From Escherichia coli (lineage in GTDB: Bacteria > Pseudomonadota > Gammaproteobacteria > Enterobacterales > Enterobacteriaceae), in assembly GCF_003334255.1 (NCBI RefSeq), contig NZ_QOWU01000001.1: DNA of 64,000 bases. One strand, written 5' to 3'. A program made the position numbers and the translations under genes. The notes under the pieces were generated by a model. The model was given only the letters and a program-made list of their open reading frames with translations. It was not told where the DNA came from and did not search any database. Numbering within the stretch: position 1 is the stretch's first letter; each line of letters starts with the position of its first letter. This document shows, piece by piece, positions 29,528 through 42,617 of this stretch.

Positions 29528-30843
29528 CAACCTAACTCCTTCGCCAGACGGGCAAACTCATTGCCTCGTTGTTCAAAGTTCTTGAACTGATCAAGGCTGG
29601 CACAGGCTGGGGAGAGCAGAACCATATCGCCCGGCTGAACACGCGGAGCCAGCAAGCGCATCGCCTGTTCCATAGTTTCGGTTTGTTCTGCCACTTCCGG
29701 GCGTAGCGCCGCCAGCTGCGCGCCGTCACGACCGAAACAATACAGACGTACGTTATCGCCATTCAGGTAACGCGCCAGTGGGCTAAAGTCCGCCGATTTA
29801 CCATCGCCACCCAGCAACAAATGCAGTGTGCCGTCTACGTGCAGGCCATTCAGCGCCGCTTCCGTACTGCCGACGTTGGTCGCTTTCGAATCGTTAATCC
29901 AACGTACGCCGTTATGCTCCAGCACAACTTCAAAGCGATGCGGCAGACCAGTGAATGTGGTTAACGCTTTCAGGCTGCTGGCACGCGGTAACCCTGCAGC
30001 ATCTGCCAGCGCCAGCGCCGCCAGCGCATTGGTGTAGTTATGCTGCCCGGAAAGTTTCATCTCTTTCACATTCAGCACTTTCTCGCCTTTAACCCGCAGC
30101 CAGGTTTCGCCCTGCTGATGATTCAGGTGATAGTCACCCATGTTGACGCCAAAGCTGACGCAGCGTTCATCCGCACCGCGAATCGGCATTGTTAAGGCAT
30201 CATCAGCATTAACCACGCAAACTTTCGCGTTTTCGTAAATGCGCAGTTTTGCTGCACGATACTGTTGTAAACCAAACGGATAGCGATCCATATGATCTTC
30301 AGTCACGTTCAGAATGGTCGCTGCTACCGCCTGTAAGCTGGAGGTGGTTTCCAGCTGGAAGCTCGACAGTTCCAGCACGTACAGTTCACACTCATCATCC
30401 AGTAGCATCAACGCAGGCAGGCCAATATTGCCACCCACACCAACGTTAACCCCCGCCGCTTTCGCCATTTCACCCACTAGCGTGGTGACCGTGCTTTTGC
30501 CGTTAGAACCGGTAATCGCCACAATCGGTGCTTGTGCTTCGCGACAGAACAGCTCGATATCGCCAACGATTTCGATTCCGGCATCAGCGGCAGCGCTTAA
30601 GGATGGATGCGCCAGTGCAATACCGGGACTGGCGACAATCAGATCTGCCGCCATCAGCCATTCATCATTCAGACTGCCCGTGTGGCGTTCTACGGCTTCG
30701 GGTAATTTATCCAGGCCAGGCGGTGTCATACGCGTATCCATAACGCGCGGCGTCACACCGCGAGCGAGGAAAAAGTCCACGCAGGAAAGCCCGGTGAGGC
30801 CCAGGCCGATAATGACGACATTTTTACCCTGATAATCAGCCAT
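29527..30843 (-). CDS. murD: UDP-N-acetylmuramoylalanine--D-glutamate ligase (438 aa)
   Basis: ORF track; [38 protein letters not shown]. Confidence 0.96.
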
Positions 30844-30845
30844 GA

Positions 30846-31928
30846 TTAACGTACCTTCAGCGTTGCCAGACCAATCAGAACCAGCATCAGCGAAATAATC
30901 CAGAAACGCACAATGACGCGCGGTTCCGGCCAGCCTTTCAGTTCATAGTGGTGATGAATCGGTGCCATGCGGAAAATACGTTGTCCGCGCAGTTTAAAGG
31001 AGCCGACCTGCAGGATGACAGAAAGCGTTTCTACCACGAACACGCCCCCCATAATCACCAGCAGGAATTCCTGACGTAGCAGTACGGCGATAATGCCTAA
31101 CGCACCACCTAACGCCAGCGAACCTACATCGCCCATAAAGACCTGCGCCGGATAGGTGTTAAACCACAGGAAGCCCAGTCCTGCCCCGACTATCGCGGTA
31201 CAGACAATAACCAGTTCCCCGGCGTGTCGCAGATACGGTATATGCAAGTAGCTGGCAAAGTTCATATTGCCGGTCGCCCACGCCACCAGCGCAAAACCAC
31301 CGGCGACAAATACGGTCGGCATAATTGCCAGGCCGTCGAGACCATCGGTCAGGTTTACCGCGTTGCCAGTACCCACAATGACGAAGTAAGCCAGCAGAAT
31401 GTAGAACAGCCCCAGCTGCGGCATCACATCTTTAAAGAATGGGACCACCAGCTGCGTTGCGGGCGTGTCTTTGCCGGCAAGGTACAGGGCGAAGGCGACA
31501 CCCAGCGCAATGACCGACATCCAGAAATACTTCCAACGAGCGATCAACCCTTTGGTGTCTTTACGCACCACTTTGCGATAATCATCAACAAAGCCAATAA
31601 CACCGTAACCTACCAGCACCACCAACACGCACCAGACGTACGGATTGGACGGGTAAGCCCACAGCAGTACGGAGATCACAATCGCCGTCAGGATCATAAT
31701 CCCGCCCATGGTCGGCGTACCGCGCTTGCTGAAGTGTGATTCAGGACCGTCGTTACGCACCACCTGACCAAAGGAAAGTTTTTGCAAATGAGCAATCATA
31801 CGCGGGCCCATCCACAATGAGATGAACAGCGCGGTCAGCAGGCTGACGATGGCGCGAAACGTCAGATAGGAAAAGACGTTAAAGCCGGAATAATATTTGA
31901 CCAAATGTTCGGCCAGCCAAACTAACAT
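30846..31928 (-). CDS. mraY: phospho-N-acetylmuramoyl-pentapeptide transferase (360 aa)
   Basis: ORF track; [35 protein letters not shown]. Confidence 0.96.
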
Positions 31929-33280
31929 GTCCCATTCTCCTGTAAAGCGCGTACTACCTCTTCCATGGCGGCACTACGTGAACCCTTAACTAAAATCGTA
32001 ATTACCTGTTGCTCAGCAATCAGTAATTTAAGACGCGTAATTAACGCAGTTTTATCAGCAAAATGTTCGCCAACGCCGCTGGCGGTGCTGATAGCATGGC
32101 TTTGTTTACCCACGCTTAACACGCGGTCAATACCAGCAGCTTTTGCCGCCTCGCCCACCTGTACATGGCAGGCTTCGCTTTCAGCGCCCAGTTCCGCCAT
32201 ATCGCCCACCACCAGCACGCGGTAGCCCGGCATTTCAGCCAGTACCTGGACTGCTGCAGTCATTGAACCGACATTGGCGTTGTAGGAGTCGTCGAGCAGC
32301 AACTGGTTTTCTGCCAGTTGGATGGGGAACAGACGGCCTGAAACAGCTTTCAGATTTGCCAGCCCCGCTTTGATAGCATCAAGCGTTGCGCCCACGGACA
32401 TGGAGAGCGCAGCGGCTGCCAGCGCATTCGCAATATTGTGACGCCCCGGCAACGGCAGCAGAACATCGACGCTACCGGTTGGGGTTTGTAGGGTAAATTC
32501 CGTACCGTGCGAGGTCACATGGATATTGGTGGCGGTGAAATCGCTGTTGGCGGCATTGGGTGAGAAACGCCACACTTTGCGTGAGCCAATTACGCTCTGC
32601 CAGTTCAGCCAGTCGTTGTTGTCGGCGTTCATAATGGCGATACCGTTTTCCGGCAGGCCGCTAAAGATTTCACCTTTCGCTTTCGCGACACCCGCAAGCG
32701 AGCCAAAACCTTCCAGATGCGCCGCTGCCAGGTTGTTGACCAGCGCAGCTTCCGGGCGAGTCAGACTCACAGTCCAGGCTATTTCGCCCTGATGGTTCGC
32801 GCCAAGTTCAATAACTGCGTAATCGTATTCCGGCGTTAAGCGCAACAGCGTCATCGGTACACCGATGTCGTTGTTGAGATTGCCTGCCGTATAAAGCGTG
32901 TTGCCGCACTGGCTTAAAATCGCCGCCGTCATCTCTTTAACGGAGGTTTTGCCGGAGGACCCCGTCAGAGCAACCACGCGCGCCGGAACTTGCTGGCGAA
33001 CCCATGCAGCCAGTTCACCAAACGCCAGACGCGTATCCTTGACGATTAACTGCGGCAGGTCGATGTCCAGCGGACGGCTAACCAGTAGTGCGCCTGCGCC
33101 GCCAGCTTTCGCCTGGTCGGCAAAATCGTGGGCATCAAAACGTTCGCCTTTCAGGGCAACAAACAGGCAGCCCGGCGTCAGTTTTCGGGTATCAGTGGTT
33201 ACAGCATCAAGGGTGATATCTGCACCTTGCAGTTCACCGTTGAGAATGTCGGTAAGTTGGCTAAGGGTTACGCTAATCAT
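31922..33280 (-). CDS. murF: UDP-MurNAc-tripeptide--D-Ala-D-Ala ligase (452 aa)
   Basis: ORF track; Mur ligase P-loop GSSGKTS; 7-bp overlap with mraY. Confidence 0.95.
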
Positions 33281-34764
33281 GCAATCACCCCCAGCAGACG
33301 CGCCACCGTGACGCGATCGGAGTAGTCCAGACGCTGATTGCCAACAATCTGGTAATCTTCATGGCCTTTGCCCGCGACCAGTACCACATCATTCTCTTTA
33401 GCCTGCATAACGGCGCAAGTCACCGCTTCAGCACGGCCTTCCATCACTTTGGCATGTCCGGCATCTAACATTCCCGCCAGAATATCGTTGATGATGGCAC
33501 GCGGTTCTTCGGTACGCGGGTTATCGTCCGTCACCACCGCCACGTCAGCAAACTCTTCGGCAATTGCGCCCATCAGTGGACGCTTACCTTTATCGCGATC
33601 GCCACCACAGCCAAAGACACACCACAGCTTGCCCGCACAGTGCAGACGCGCCGCCTGTAAGGCTTTTTCCAGTGCATCCGGCGTATGCGCGTAATCCACC
33701 ACCACCGTCGGTTTGCCTGGCGCAGTGAACACTTCCATACGTCCGCAAACCGGTTGCAGACGCGCGGCGGTTTTCAGCAGATCAGCCAGTGGATAGCCGA
33801 GTGCCAACAGTGTCGCCAGCGCGAGCAGCAGGTTGCTGACGTTAAAAGCGCCCATCAGATGGCTTTCAATTTCGCCATCGCCCCAACTTGAGCTAAAGCG
33901 AATCGTCGCACCGCTGTCGTGATAGTTCACTTCGGTCGCTTTCAACCAGCGTCCGTGACAGTTCGGATTAATATGATCTTCCATTGATACCGCAACCGCG
34001 TCCGGCAGTTTTGCCAGCCAGCGGCGGCCCACTTCATCGTCGGCGTTAATAATCGCCTGACCGCAATGATGCTCAGAATAAAGCAGCCATTTCGCGGCTT
34101 CGTAGTGTTCCATATCACCATGATAATCAAGGTGATCGCGGCTTAAGTTGGTAAAGACCGACGCCGCAAATTTCAATGCCGCCACACGGTGCTGTACCAG
34201 CCCGTGGGAGGAAACTTCCATTGCGCAAAACGTCGCGCCCTGATCCACCAGCCCCGCCAGCTCATGCTGAACATCGACTGCCGAACCGGTTGTATTTTCT
34301 GTCGGGATCACTTTCCCCAGCAGGCCGTTACCAACGGTGCCCATTACCGCGCTGGTTTCGCCAAGCAGTTGGCTCCACTGCGCCAACAGCTGGGTAGTCG
34401 TGGTTTTGCCGTTGGTGCCCGTTACGCCCACGAGACGTAAATTGTCAGAGGGTTCATGGTAAAAGCGGCCCGCCAGTGCAGATAAACGCTCGTTGAGCTG
34501 GCTGAGATAGATGACCGGTACGCCGTGCATTTCACGGATTTCACCATCGGTCGCCTCATCTTTCGCCTCTGCAATAATGGCAGCCACACCTTGCGCTATC
34601 GCCTGCGGGATATATCGACGCCCGTCCGCCTGATGACCTACTACAGCTACAAAGAGATCGCCCGCCGCAGCCACACGGCTGTCGAGTGTCATCTCTCGCA
34701 GTGCTCGCGAAGGTGCGTCTGGCACCCACGGAGCAAGAAGGTCGCGCAAATTACGATCTGCCAC
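33277..34764 (-). CDS. murE: UDP-MurNAc-L-Ala-D-Glu--meso-DAP ligase (495 aa), GTG start
   Basis: ORF track; [30 protein letters not shown]; start codon at 34762..34764 is GTG; overlaps the ftsI 3' end. Confidence 0.95.
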
Positions 34765-36517
34765 CTGTCCCCTCGCCTTGATTAATCACAAATTCATTTT
34801 TATCGCCCGTTGTCAGCGCATCCGGCTCGATGTTCATGGTACGCAATACGCCGCCCATGATGGCACCAAAGACCGGCGCGGAAACGGCGCCGCCGTAGTA
34901 TTTACCCGCCTGCGGATCGTTGATAACAACAACCAGCGCGAAGCGCGGCTGACTCGCAGGCGCAACGCCTGCGGTATAAGCAATATATTTATTGATGTAG
35001 CGACCGTCCGGCCCGACCTTTTTCGCGGTACCGGTTTTAATGGCGATACGATAGCCTTTAATCGCCGCCTTCACGCCGCCGCCGCCTGGTAGCGCCACGC
35101 TTTCCATCATATGCACCACAGTGCGGACAATGGATTCCGGGAAGACACGTTCACCGGGAACCGGGGGGTCAACTTTGGTAATCGACAGTGGGCGATAAAT
35201 GCCGTAGCTGCCGATAGTTGCGTAGACTCGCGCTAACTGTAATGGTGTTACCATTAGCCCGTAGCCGAAAGAGAAGGTGGCCCTCTCTATGTCAGACCAC
35301 CGTTGTTTTTGAGGATATAAGCCACTGCGTTCTCCGACCAACCCCAAATTGGTCGCTTTTCCCAGTCCAAAACGTGAGTAAGTATCTACTAACGCTGAGG
35401 ACGGCATCGCTAACGCCAGCTTGGAAACACCGACGTTACTCGACTTCTGTAATACCCCGGTCAGGGTTAATTCGCTGTAGCGTGCCACGTCTTTGATTTC
35501 GTGGCCGTTAATTCGATAAGGAATGGTATTGAGTACCGAGTTTTCCCGCACCACGCCACGTTGCAACGCGGTCATTACCACCATCGGTTTAACCGTTGAG
35601 CCCGGTTCAAACACGTCGGTGATGGTACGGTTACGCATCGCCTCTTTCGGCGTGCCGCTCAGATTGTTAGGGTTGTATGACGGGCTGTTAGCCATCGCCA
35701 GCACTTCACCGGTGTTGACATCCACCAGCACGGCGCTACCAGATTCAGCCTTGTTAAAGGCCACCGCGTTGTTCAGTTCGCGATAAACCAGCGCCTGCAG
35801 GCGTTCATCAATACTCAGCGCCAGGTTGTGCGCTGCCTGGCTGTCAGTAGAAGAAATATCTTCAATTACGCGACCATAGCGGTCTTTACGCACAATGCGC
35901 TCACCCGGCTGCCCGGTAAGCCATTTATCGAAACTCTTCTCAACGCCCTCAATCCCTTGACTATCGACGTTAGTAAAGCCGATGAGGTGAGCAGTCACTT
36001 CGCCGGACGGATAGTAACGGCGAGACTCTTCACGCAGATGAATCCCCGGCAGTTTCAGTTTTTTGATGTAGTCCGCCATGTCAGGGTTCACCTGACGCGC
36101 CAGATAAATAAAGCGCCCTTTCGGGTTGGCGTTAATGCGGGCTGAAAGCTGATCCAGCGGAATATTGAGCGCGTTAGCCAGCGCCTTCCAGCGGTCACCG
36201 ACGCTGATACCGCCAGCGTCATGCACTTCTTTCGGGTCAGCCCAAATCGCTTTTACCGGCACGCTCACCGCTAACGGGCGACCAGAACGGTCAGTAATCA
36301 TGCCGCGGGAGGTGGAAACTTGCTGAACGCGAAGAGAACGCATGTCGCCCTCTTTCACCAGCATATCCGGGGAGATAACTTGTAACCACGCTACGCGTCC
36401 GAGCAGAAAAGCCAGCGCCAGGAGAATACAGCCGCATAACAACGCAAAACGCCAACTGATAAAGTTGGCATGTTCTTCCTGACGTTTTGGTTTCTGCGTT
36501 TTCGCCGCTGCTTTCAT
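34751..36517 (-). CDS. ftsI: peptidoglycan D,D-transpeptidase FtsI (PBP3) (588 aa)
   Basis: ORF track; [47 protein letters not shown]; SXXK/SXN/KTG transpeptidase motifs. Confidence 0.97.
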
Positions 36518-36532
36518 GCGTCGCGTTTATCC

Positions 36533-36898
36533 TTATTTTTGCACTACGATATTTTCTTGTGACGGATCAACATGCTGCATTTGCAGCTTTTCCGTGGCGA
36601 TCCTTTCCACCCGGCTATGGTCGCCGAGCGCATTCTCTTCAAGGATCAGGTTGCGCCATTCAATGTCTAAAGCATCTCGCTCCAGCACCAGTTGTTCGCG
36701 CTGAGCGGTCAGTAAACGGGTATGGTGCGCCGTGGTTACCACAGTCACCGCCGTCAAAATAATGCAAATGAACAGGCAGAGTGGCAGCTTCCCAAATCGC
36801 AAAAGATCGTCACCGATAACACCAGGCAATGCATGGCGCTCGTGGCTTCCCATCGATCCTTTAACTTTGCTTAGAGCTTCTGTCACTCTGCTGATCAT
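36533..36898 (-). CDS. ftsL: cell division protein FtsL (121 aa)
   Basis: ORF track; small bitopic protein between rsmH and ftsI; 4-bp overlap with rsmH. Confidence 0.93.
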
Positions 36899-37836
36899 GC
36901 ATTCGTCCTCTCTGCAATACGCAGAACTGAACTACGGGCACGAGGGTTCTCAGCCACCTCTTCTTCGCCCGGCATTAACTTGCCTAGTGCTCGCAGCTGA
37001 CGGCCACCCAGTTTTTTGAGCTGCTCTTCAGTCATCGGTAACCCTGCCGGAACTTGCGGACCGCGGCTGTTTTCACGCATAAAACGTTTCACAATACGGT
37101 CTTCCAGCGAGTGGAAGCTGATGATCGAAAGCCGCCCACCCGGGGCCAGCACGTTGAGCGAGCTTTTTAGCGCCTGCTCTATCTCCTCCAGTTCACTGTT
37201 TACCCAAATGCGCACCGCCTGGAAGGTACGGGTCGCGGGATGTTTAAACTTATCTTTCACCGGCGTTGCAGCAGCCACGACTTCCGCCAGTTCTTTGGTG
37301 CGGGTCATCGGCTGTTCGCGGTTACGCTCGACAATGGCGCGGGCAATGCGTTTGGCAAAACGCTCTTCACCATAGGTTTTCAATACCCAGGCGATATCGG
37401 CTTCTTCTGCGGTTTGTAGCCATTCAGCGGCTGACTGCCCACGGGTTGGGTCCATACGCATGTCCAGCGGACCATCGCGCATAAAGGAAAAGCCACGTTC
37501 AGCATCATCAAGTTGCGGTGAAGAGACGCCAAGATCGAGGAGAATGCCGTCGATCTTGCCGATAAGATCGCGCTCGGCAACGTATTCGCCCAGCGCGGAG
37601 AAAGGTCCGTGGATGATGGAGAAGCGCGGATCATCAATAGTCTTCGCAACGGCGATAGCCTGCGGGTCGCGATCGATCGCCAGCAAACGCCCCTCTTCGC
37701 CAAGCTGCGAGAGGATCAGACGTGAGTGACCACCGCGACCAAAAGTCCCATCAATGTAGATGCCATCAGGACGGATATTGAGGCCATTAACGGCTTCATC
37801 CAGCAGCACCGTAGTATGTTTATAGTTTTCCATCAT
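36895..37836 (-). CDS. rsmH: 16S rRNA m4C1402 methyltransferase (313 aa)
   Basis: ORF 36895..37965 trimmed to the ATG at 37834..37836 ([38 protein letters not shown]). Confidence 0.93.
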
Positions 37837-37837
37837 T

Positions 37838-38296
37838 TTATAGAGACAAGTCCTGCAGTCGCTCCGATAAGTCTCCGGTAGCCAACTGCTCTGCGTCGAT
37901 ATCTTCCTTGACCTGTTGATGCCAGGTTGTTTCATCCCACAGCTCAAACTTGTTGAACTGTCCAACCAGCATCACTTCTTTTGTCAGCCCGGCATGTTGC
38001 CGCAGTACTGGCGCGATTAACAATCGACCTGCGCCATCCATCTGACATTCGCTGGCATGACCTAACAGTAGGCGCTGCACACGGCGCTCAACCGGGTTCA
38101 TGCTCGACAGACGCGATAATTTTTGCTCGATAATTTCCCATTCAGGCAGGGGGTAAAGCAGCAGGCACGGGTGATAAATGTCAATGGTGCAAACCATTTG
38201 ACCGGCAGCGTTCTCAAGCAGCTGTTCCCGATAACGGGTAGGCACTGATAAGCGCCCTTTGCTGTCGAGATTGACTAACGTTGCTCCCCGGAACAT
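37838..38296 (-). CDS. mraZ: transcriptional regulator MraZ (152 aa)
   Basis: ORF 37838..38332 trimmed to the ATG at 38294..38296 ([27 protein letters not shown]); first gene of the dcw cluster. Confidence 0.93.
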
Positions 38297-38315
38297 GCCA
38301 GCCTCACCCCTTATT

Positions 38316-38340
38316 CCCACTTTGCCCCACAATTTCCCAC
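38316..38340 (-). promoter_or_regulatory. MraZ operator: three direct GTGGG repeats at 10-bp spacing (Pmra region)
   Basis: Plus strand shows CCCAC at 38316-38320, 38326-38330 and 38336-38340, i.e. GTGGG x3 on the mraZ strand, 20-45 bp upstream of the start; matches the reported TGGGN direct-repeat operator. Confidence 0.75.
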
Positions 38341-38853
38341 TGAAAGGAGTTTACGGAGCTGAGGAAAAGCTTGTCAAGCCAGTCACAAGGCATACCGAGG
38401 TAAAAAACCCGATGTTTACGGCTAATATCAGCGTTGTTTATTTTACGTCCAACGTGCGAAGCAAATTAACGTTATGAATAGCTGTAAGAAAAAATCCCTC
38501 ATCGTCATCACCGTTTTAAAATGACTCACTATTTTCCACAGCAAATATAAAGTGTCAGTTTGCGACGCGAGCGGCATTTTAGGACATATCTTCCCCGGTT
38601 AACAGTCCTTGTTACGTCTGTGTGGCGCTTGATGCCAGCGGGTTTGCGCAAAAGCAAAGAAAAGTGTTTGTTAAATCGGCAATTCATCGCCGCATGTAAC
38701 AAAATAATGCAAAAACGCGCTGTCGATATCACTTAATTATTGTGAATTTCAGCTGGTGAGTTAATTAACGGGCGGGTTTAAAAGCATTTATCAATAATAG
38801 TCAGGAATAGTCTTATTTACTTTAAGCATATTGATGTCCAGTCCCGTACTCTA

Positions 38854-38888
38854 CGCGCCAGAGGGAAATTCACCTGGCGCGTATTTTT
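38854..38888 (+). terminator. stem-loop plus T-tract beside the cra stop, oriented for the plus strand
   Basis: CGCGCCAG agggaaattcac CTGGCGCG followed by TATTTTTGTT; the T-tract follows the hairpin only on the plus strand, so it would stop transcription antisense to cra / entering the Pmra region. Confidence 0.35.
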
Positions 38889-38897
38889 GTTCGCGGC

Positions 38898-39902
38898 TTA
38901 GCTACGGCTGAGCACGCCGCGGCGATAGAGATTACGTTTAATGCGCGTTAAACCAGGTTTTGGCTTACGCGGTTCGTCCAGGCTTGCCAGGACAATCTCC
39001 AGCACACGCTCTGCGACATCGCGGTGACGTTGAGCCACTGCCAGCACCGGACACTGTAAGAAGTCGAGCAGTTCGTTATCGCCAAAGGTGGCAATTGCCA
39101 GGTCAGAAGGCAGTTTGCCGTCGCGACGCAGCGTGACATCCATCACTCCTTGCAACAACGCAAACGACGTTGTGAACAGCGCCTGCGGCATCGGATGCGT
39201 TTCCAGCCATTTTTCGAATAACTGGGCAGCCGCCTCCCGCTCATAGCTGTTGGCATACAGGAAATGCACTTCGCGCGGATCATCTTTCCAGGCAGTACGG
39301 AAACCTTGTTCACGCAGGAAGCTGACAGAAAGCTCCGGTAGCGCACCAAGATAAAGCACCGTCTCGGCGGGAAACTTACGTAACTCTTCCGCCAGCATTT
39401 CGGCATCATCCTGATCGGCACCAACCACGCTGGTGAAGTGTTCACGATCGAGGGCGCGGTCCAGCGCGACAATCGGGAACGGGTCGTTAGCCCAGCGTTG
39501 ATAAAAAGGATGCTCAGGAGGCAACGACGTCGAAACAATAATGGCATCAACCTGACGCTGTAAAAGGTGCTCAATGCACCGCATTTCGTTGTCTGGCTGA
39601 TCTTCTGAGCAGGCAATCAGCAGTTGATAACCCCGTTGCCGCGCCTGGCGTTCAAGATAGTTAGCGATGCGGGTATAGCTGGTGTTCTCCAGATCGGGGA
39701 TCACAAGACCAATAGAACGTGTGCGTCCAGCACGAAGCCCAGCTGCCACGGCGTTCGGGTGGTAATTGTGCTCACGCACCACAGCCATGACTTTTTCAAC
39801 GGTTTTGTCGCTCACACGGTATTGCTTCGCTTTGCCGTTAATAACATAGCTTGCAGTGGTCCGCGACACTCCCGCCAGCCGAGCGATTTCATCCAGTTTC
39901 AC
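38898..39902 (-). CDS. cra: catabolite repressor/activator Cra (FruR), LacI family (334 aa), GTG start
   Basis: ORF track; [38 protein letters not shown] helix-turn-helix; start codon 39900..39902 is GTG. Confidence 0.96.
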   Translation of the reverse strand: MKLDEIARLAGVSRTTASYVINGKAKQYRVSDKTVEKVMAVVREHNYHPNAVAAGLRAGRTRSIGLVIPDLENTSYTRIANYLERQARQRGYQLLIACSEDQPDNEMRCIEHLLQRQVDAIIVSTSLPPEHPFYQRWANDPFPIVALDRALDREHFTSVVGADQDDAEMLAEELRKFPAETVLYLGALPELSVSFLREQGFRTAWKDDPREVHFLYANSYEREAAAQLFEKWLETHPMPQALFTTSFALLQGVMDVTLRRDGKLPSDLAIATFGDNELLDFLQCPVLAVAQRHRDVAERVLEIVLASLDEPRKPKPGLTRIKRNLYRRGVLSRS

Positions 39903-40081
39903 AATTGCCCCTTGCGTAAAATGTAAAAACCATAGCCATTGTACTGGTATGGGTTAAATTCATTAACATCTAAGCGCAGAAAATTAACTGCGGCAACTGC
40001 TTTTATTCCAGGTTCCCACTGATTTCGCAAAAAAAGCCCAACGTGACATGTTGGGCTGTAAATTGCGCATTGAGATCATTC

Positions 40082-40573
40082 TCAACGCATTATTTTATCG
40101 CCGCGCGAAAGTCCGACCACACCAGAGCGAGCAACCTCCACAATTTTCGCCACATCGCGAATCGATGCTAAAAATGCATCAAGCTTACCGCTGGTGCCTG
40201 CTAATTGAACGGTATAAAGCGAGGGTGTGACATCGATAATTTGCCCACGGAATATTTCCGTATTACGTTTCACTTCGTCACGCCCGTAACCGCTGGCCTG
40301 AATTTTCACCAGCATGATTTCCCGCTCAACATGCGCGCCCTGCCCCAACTCACTCACGCGCAAGACATCGACCAGTTTGTGTAATTGCTTTTCGATCTGC
40401 TCAAGTACTTTTTCATCGCCCACGGTCTGGATGGTCATACGCGATAATGTCGGATCGTCGGTTGGCGCAACGGTCAGGCTTTCAATGTTGTAGCCACGCT
40501 GGGAAAAAAGGCCAATCACGCGGGATAACGCGCCTGATTCATTTTCGAGTAAGACTGATAATATCCGGCGCAT
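40082..40573 (-). CDS. ilvH: acetolactate synthase III small (regulatory) subunit (163 aa)
   Basis: ORF 40082..40603 trimmed to the ATG at 40571..40573 ([33 protein letters not shown]). Confidence 0.94.
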
Positions 40574-40575
40574 AA

Positions 40576-42300
40576 TCAGGTTCTCTCCGTTTTGCTTAAC
40601 CACATTTCATCCATTCCGCCCCCGCGAATCTGCATCGGGTAGACGTGCTCGCTGCCATCGACGGTAACATCAACAAACACCAGGCGATTATTGCGCACCT
40701 GTTCCAGCGCCTCGCTAAGTTTGCTTTCCAGCTCATGCGGATGAGAAATCTGGATCCCGACATGCCCATAGGCTTCCGCCAGACGGACGAAATCGGGTAG
40801 CGATTGCATATAAGATTGTGAATGACGGCCGGAATAGATCATGTCCTGCCACTGCTTCACCATCCCCAGATAGCGGTTATTGAGATTCACCACCAGTACG
40901 GGCAACTCGTATTGCAACGCGGTAGACAGTTCCTGGATGTTCATCTGAATACTGCCGTCGCCAGTGACGCAAACCACGGTTTCTTCTGGCAACGCCATTT
41001 TGACGCCCAGTGCCGCAGGTAAACCAAAACCCATCGTGCCGAGGCCACCGGAATTGATCCAGCGACGCGGTTTGTCGAATGGATAATAAAGTGCAGCAAA
41101 CATCTGGTGCTGCCCGACATCGGACGTCACGTAAGCGTCTCCCTTCGTCAACCGCCAAAGAGTCTCGATCACCGCCTGCGGTTTAATCTTTTCACTGTGA
41201 GTGTCATATTTCAGGCACTGACGAGCGCGCCACTGTTCAATTTGCTGCCACCAGTCGCGGATCTCATCCAGTGGTTGATGGGCGGATTCTTGCGACAAGA
41301 GTTCAAGCATTTGTTCGAGGACCTGGCGAGCATCCCCCACAATCGGGATATCCGCAGTCACGGTTTTAGAAATGGAAGTAGGATCAATATCGATATGCAG
41401 AACAGTGGCATTTGGGCAGTACTTTGCCAGATTGTTCGTCGTTCGGTCATCAAATCGTACCCCGACGGCGAAAATCACATCCGCGTTATGCATCGTCATA
41501 TTGGCTTCGTAGGTACCGTGCATTCCCAGCATGCCCAGTGCCTGACGATGCGTTGCCGGAAACGCCCCCAGCCCCATCAATGAGCAAACAACGGGCAGAT
41601 TCAACGCCTCCACCGTTTCTTTCAACTGCTGATGGCAGCCCGCCGTGATTGCCCCACCGCCTACGTAGACAACCGGTTTTTTTGCCGCTACCAGCGTTTG
41701 CAGAGCACGCTTAATTTGCCCTTTATGTCCGGTAGTAGTGGGATTGTAAGAACGCATACTGACCGACTCCGGCCAGACATAGGGTAATTTGTTCGCCGGA
41801 TTAAGAATATCTTTCGGTAAATCAACGACTACTGGTCCTGGGCGACCACTTGCCGCCAGCCAGAAAGCCTTTTTCAGCACCTGCGGAATGTCTTCCGTTT
41901 GCTTAACCAGAAAACTGTGTTTAACCACCGGTCGCGAAATCCCCACCATGTCGCACTCCTGAAAGGCATCGTAACCTATCAACGAGGTCGCTACCTGCCC
42001 GGAAAGGACAACTAATGGAATGGAATCCATATAAGCGGTGGCGATGCCAGTAATCGCATTGGTCGCCCCTGGACCCGACGTTACCAGCACGACGCCGACT
42101 TCCCCGGTCGCGCGCGCCAGGCCATCGGCCATATGCACCGCCGCCTGCTCATGACGAACTAATACATGATCAATACCACCCACGGTATGCAATGCATCAT
42201 AAATATCAAGGACTGCGCCTCCGGGATAACCGAATACTTGTTTAACGCCCTGATCGATAAGCGATCGGACGACCATCTCGGCTCCAGACAACATCTCCAT
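40576..42300 (-). CDS. ilvI: acetolactate synthase III large subunit (574 aa)
   Basis: ORF 40576..42390 trimmed to the ATG at 42298..42300 ([35 protein letters not shown]); ThDP enzyme. Confidence 0.94.
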   Translation of the reverse strand: MEMLSGAEMVVRSLIDQGVKQVFGYPGGAVLDIYDALHTVGGIDHVLVRHEQAAVHMADGLARATGEVGVVLVTSGPGATNAITGIATAYMDSIPLVVLSGQVATSLIGYDAFQECDMVGISRPVVKHSFLVKQTEDIPQVLKKAFWLAASGRPGPVVVDLPKDILNPANKLPYVWPESVSMRSYNPTTTGHKGQIKRALQTLVAAKKPVVYVGGGAITAGCHQQLKETVEALNLPVVCSLMGLGAFPATHRQALGMLGMHGTYEANMTMHNADVIFAVGVRFDDRTTNNLAKYCPNATVLHIDIDPTSISKTVTADIPIVGDARQVLEQMLELLSQESAHQPLDEIRDWWQQIEQWRARQCLKYDTHSEKIKPQAVIETLWRLTKGDAYVTSDVGQHQMFAALYYPFDKPRRWINSGGLGTMGFGLPAALGVKMALPEETVVCVTGDGSIQMNIQELSTALQYELPVLVVNLNNRYLGMVKQWQDMIYSGRHSQSYMQSLPDFVRLAEAYGHVGIQISHPHELESKLSEALEQVRNNRLVFVDVTVDGSEHVYPMQIRGGGMDEMWLSKTERT

Positions 42301-42560
42301 GGCCTGCCTCACTGTTTGACGGAAAAAATGTGTAAAACACATTAACCGTCCGATCTTGCTTAAGCAATTGGCAGCCAGAGACATAAACACGGGGTAATAA
42401 GAATAAACAGGAGGAAAGGTGAAAAGAAACGATAAAATCCTCCATTACAGAGGATTAAATTGATAATAAATCGGCTGAATCCCACAACTTACAGCAATTT
42501 CTCTATTTTTTTAATTAATCCTAAAATAGAGAGCCCACACATTCAGAATAAAATTCTACA
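42301..42560 (-). promoter_or_regulatory. ilvIH promoter / upstream Lrp-binding region
   Basis: AT-rich non-coding stretch upstream of ilvI; ilvIH is known to be activated by Lrp from multiple upstream sites; individual sites not resolved. Confidence 0.45.
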
Positions 42561-42562
42561 TT

Positions 42563-42612
42563 CAATAAAAAATGCAGAATAAACCAGACATTCATGTCTG
42601 ACCTATTCTGCA
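42563..42612 (-). terminator. leuO rho-independent terminator (nested palindrome plus U-tract)
   Basis: TGCAGAATA (42573..42581) pairs with TATTCTGCA (42604..42612); inner CAGACAT tc ATGTCTG (42585..42600); on the minus strand it is followed by TTTTTTAT; begins 5 bp after the leuO stop. Confidence 0.75.
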
Positions 42613-42617
42613 ATCAG

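Noticed and set aside
38529-38732. 67-aa ORF in the cra-mraZ spacer
   Set aside because: No recognisable motif, no ribosome-binding site, Cys/Arg-rich; treated as non-coding
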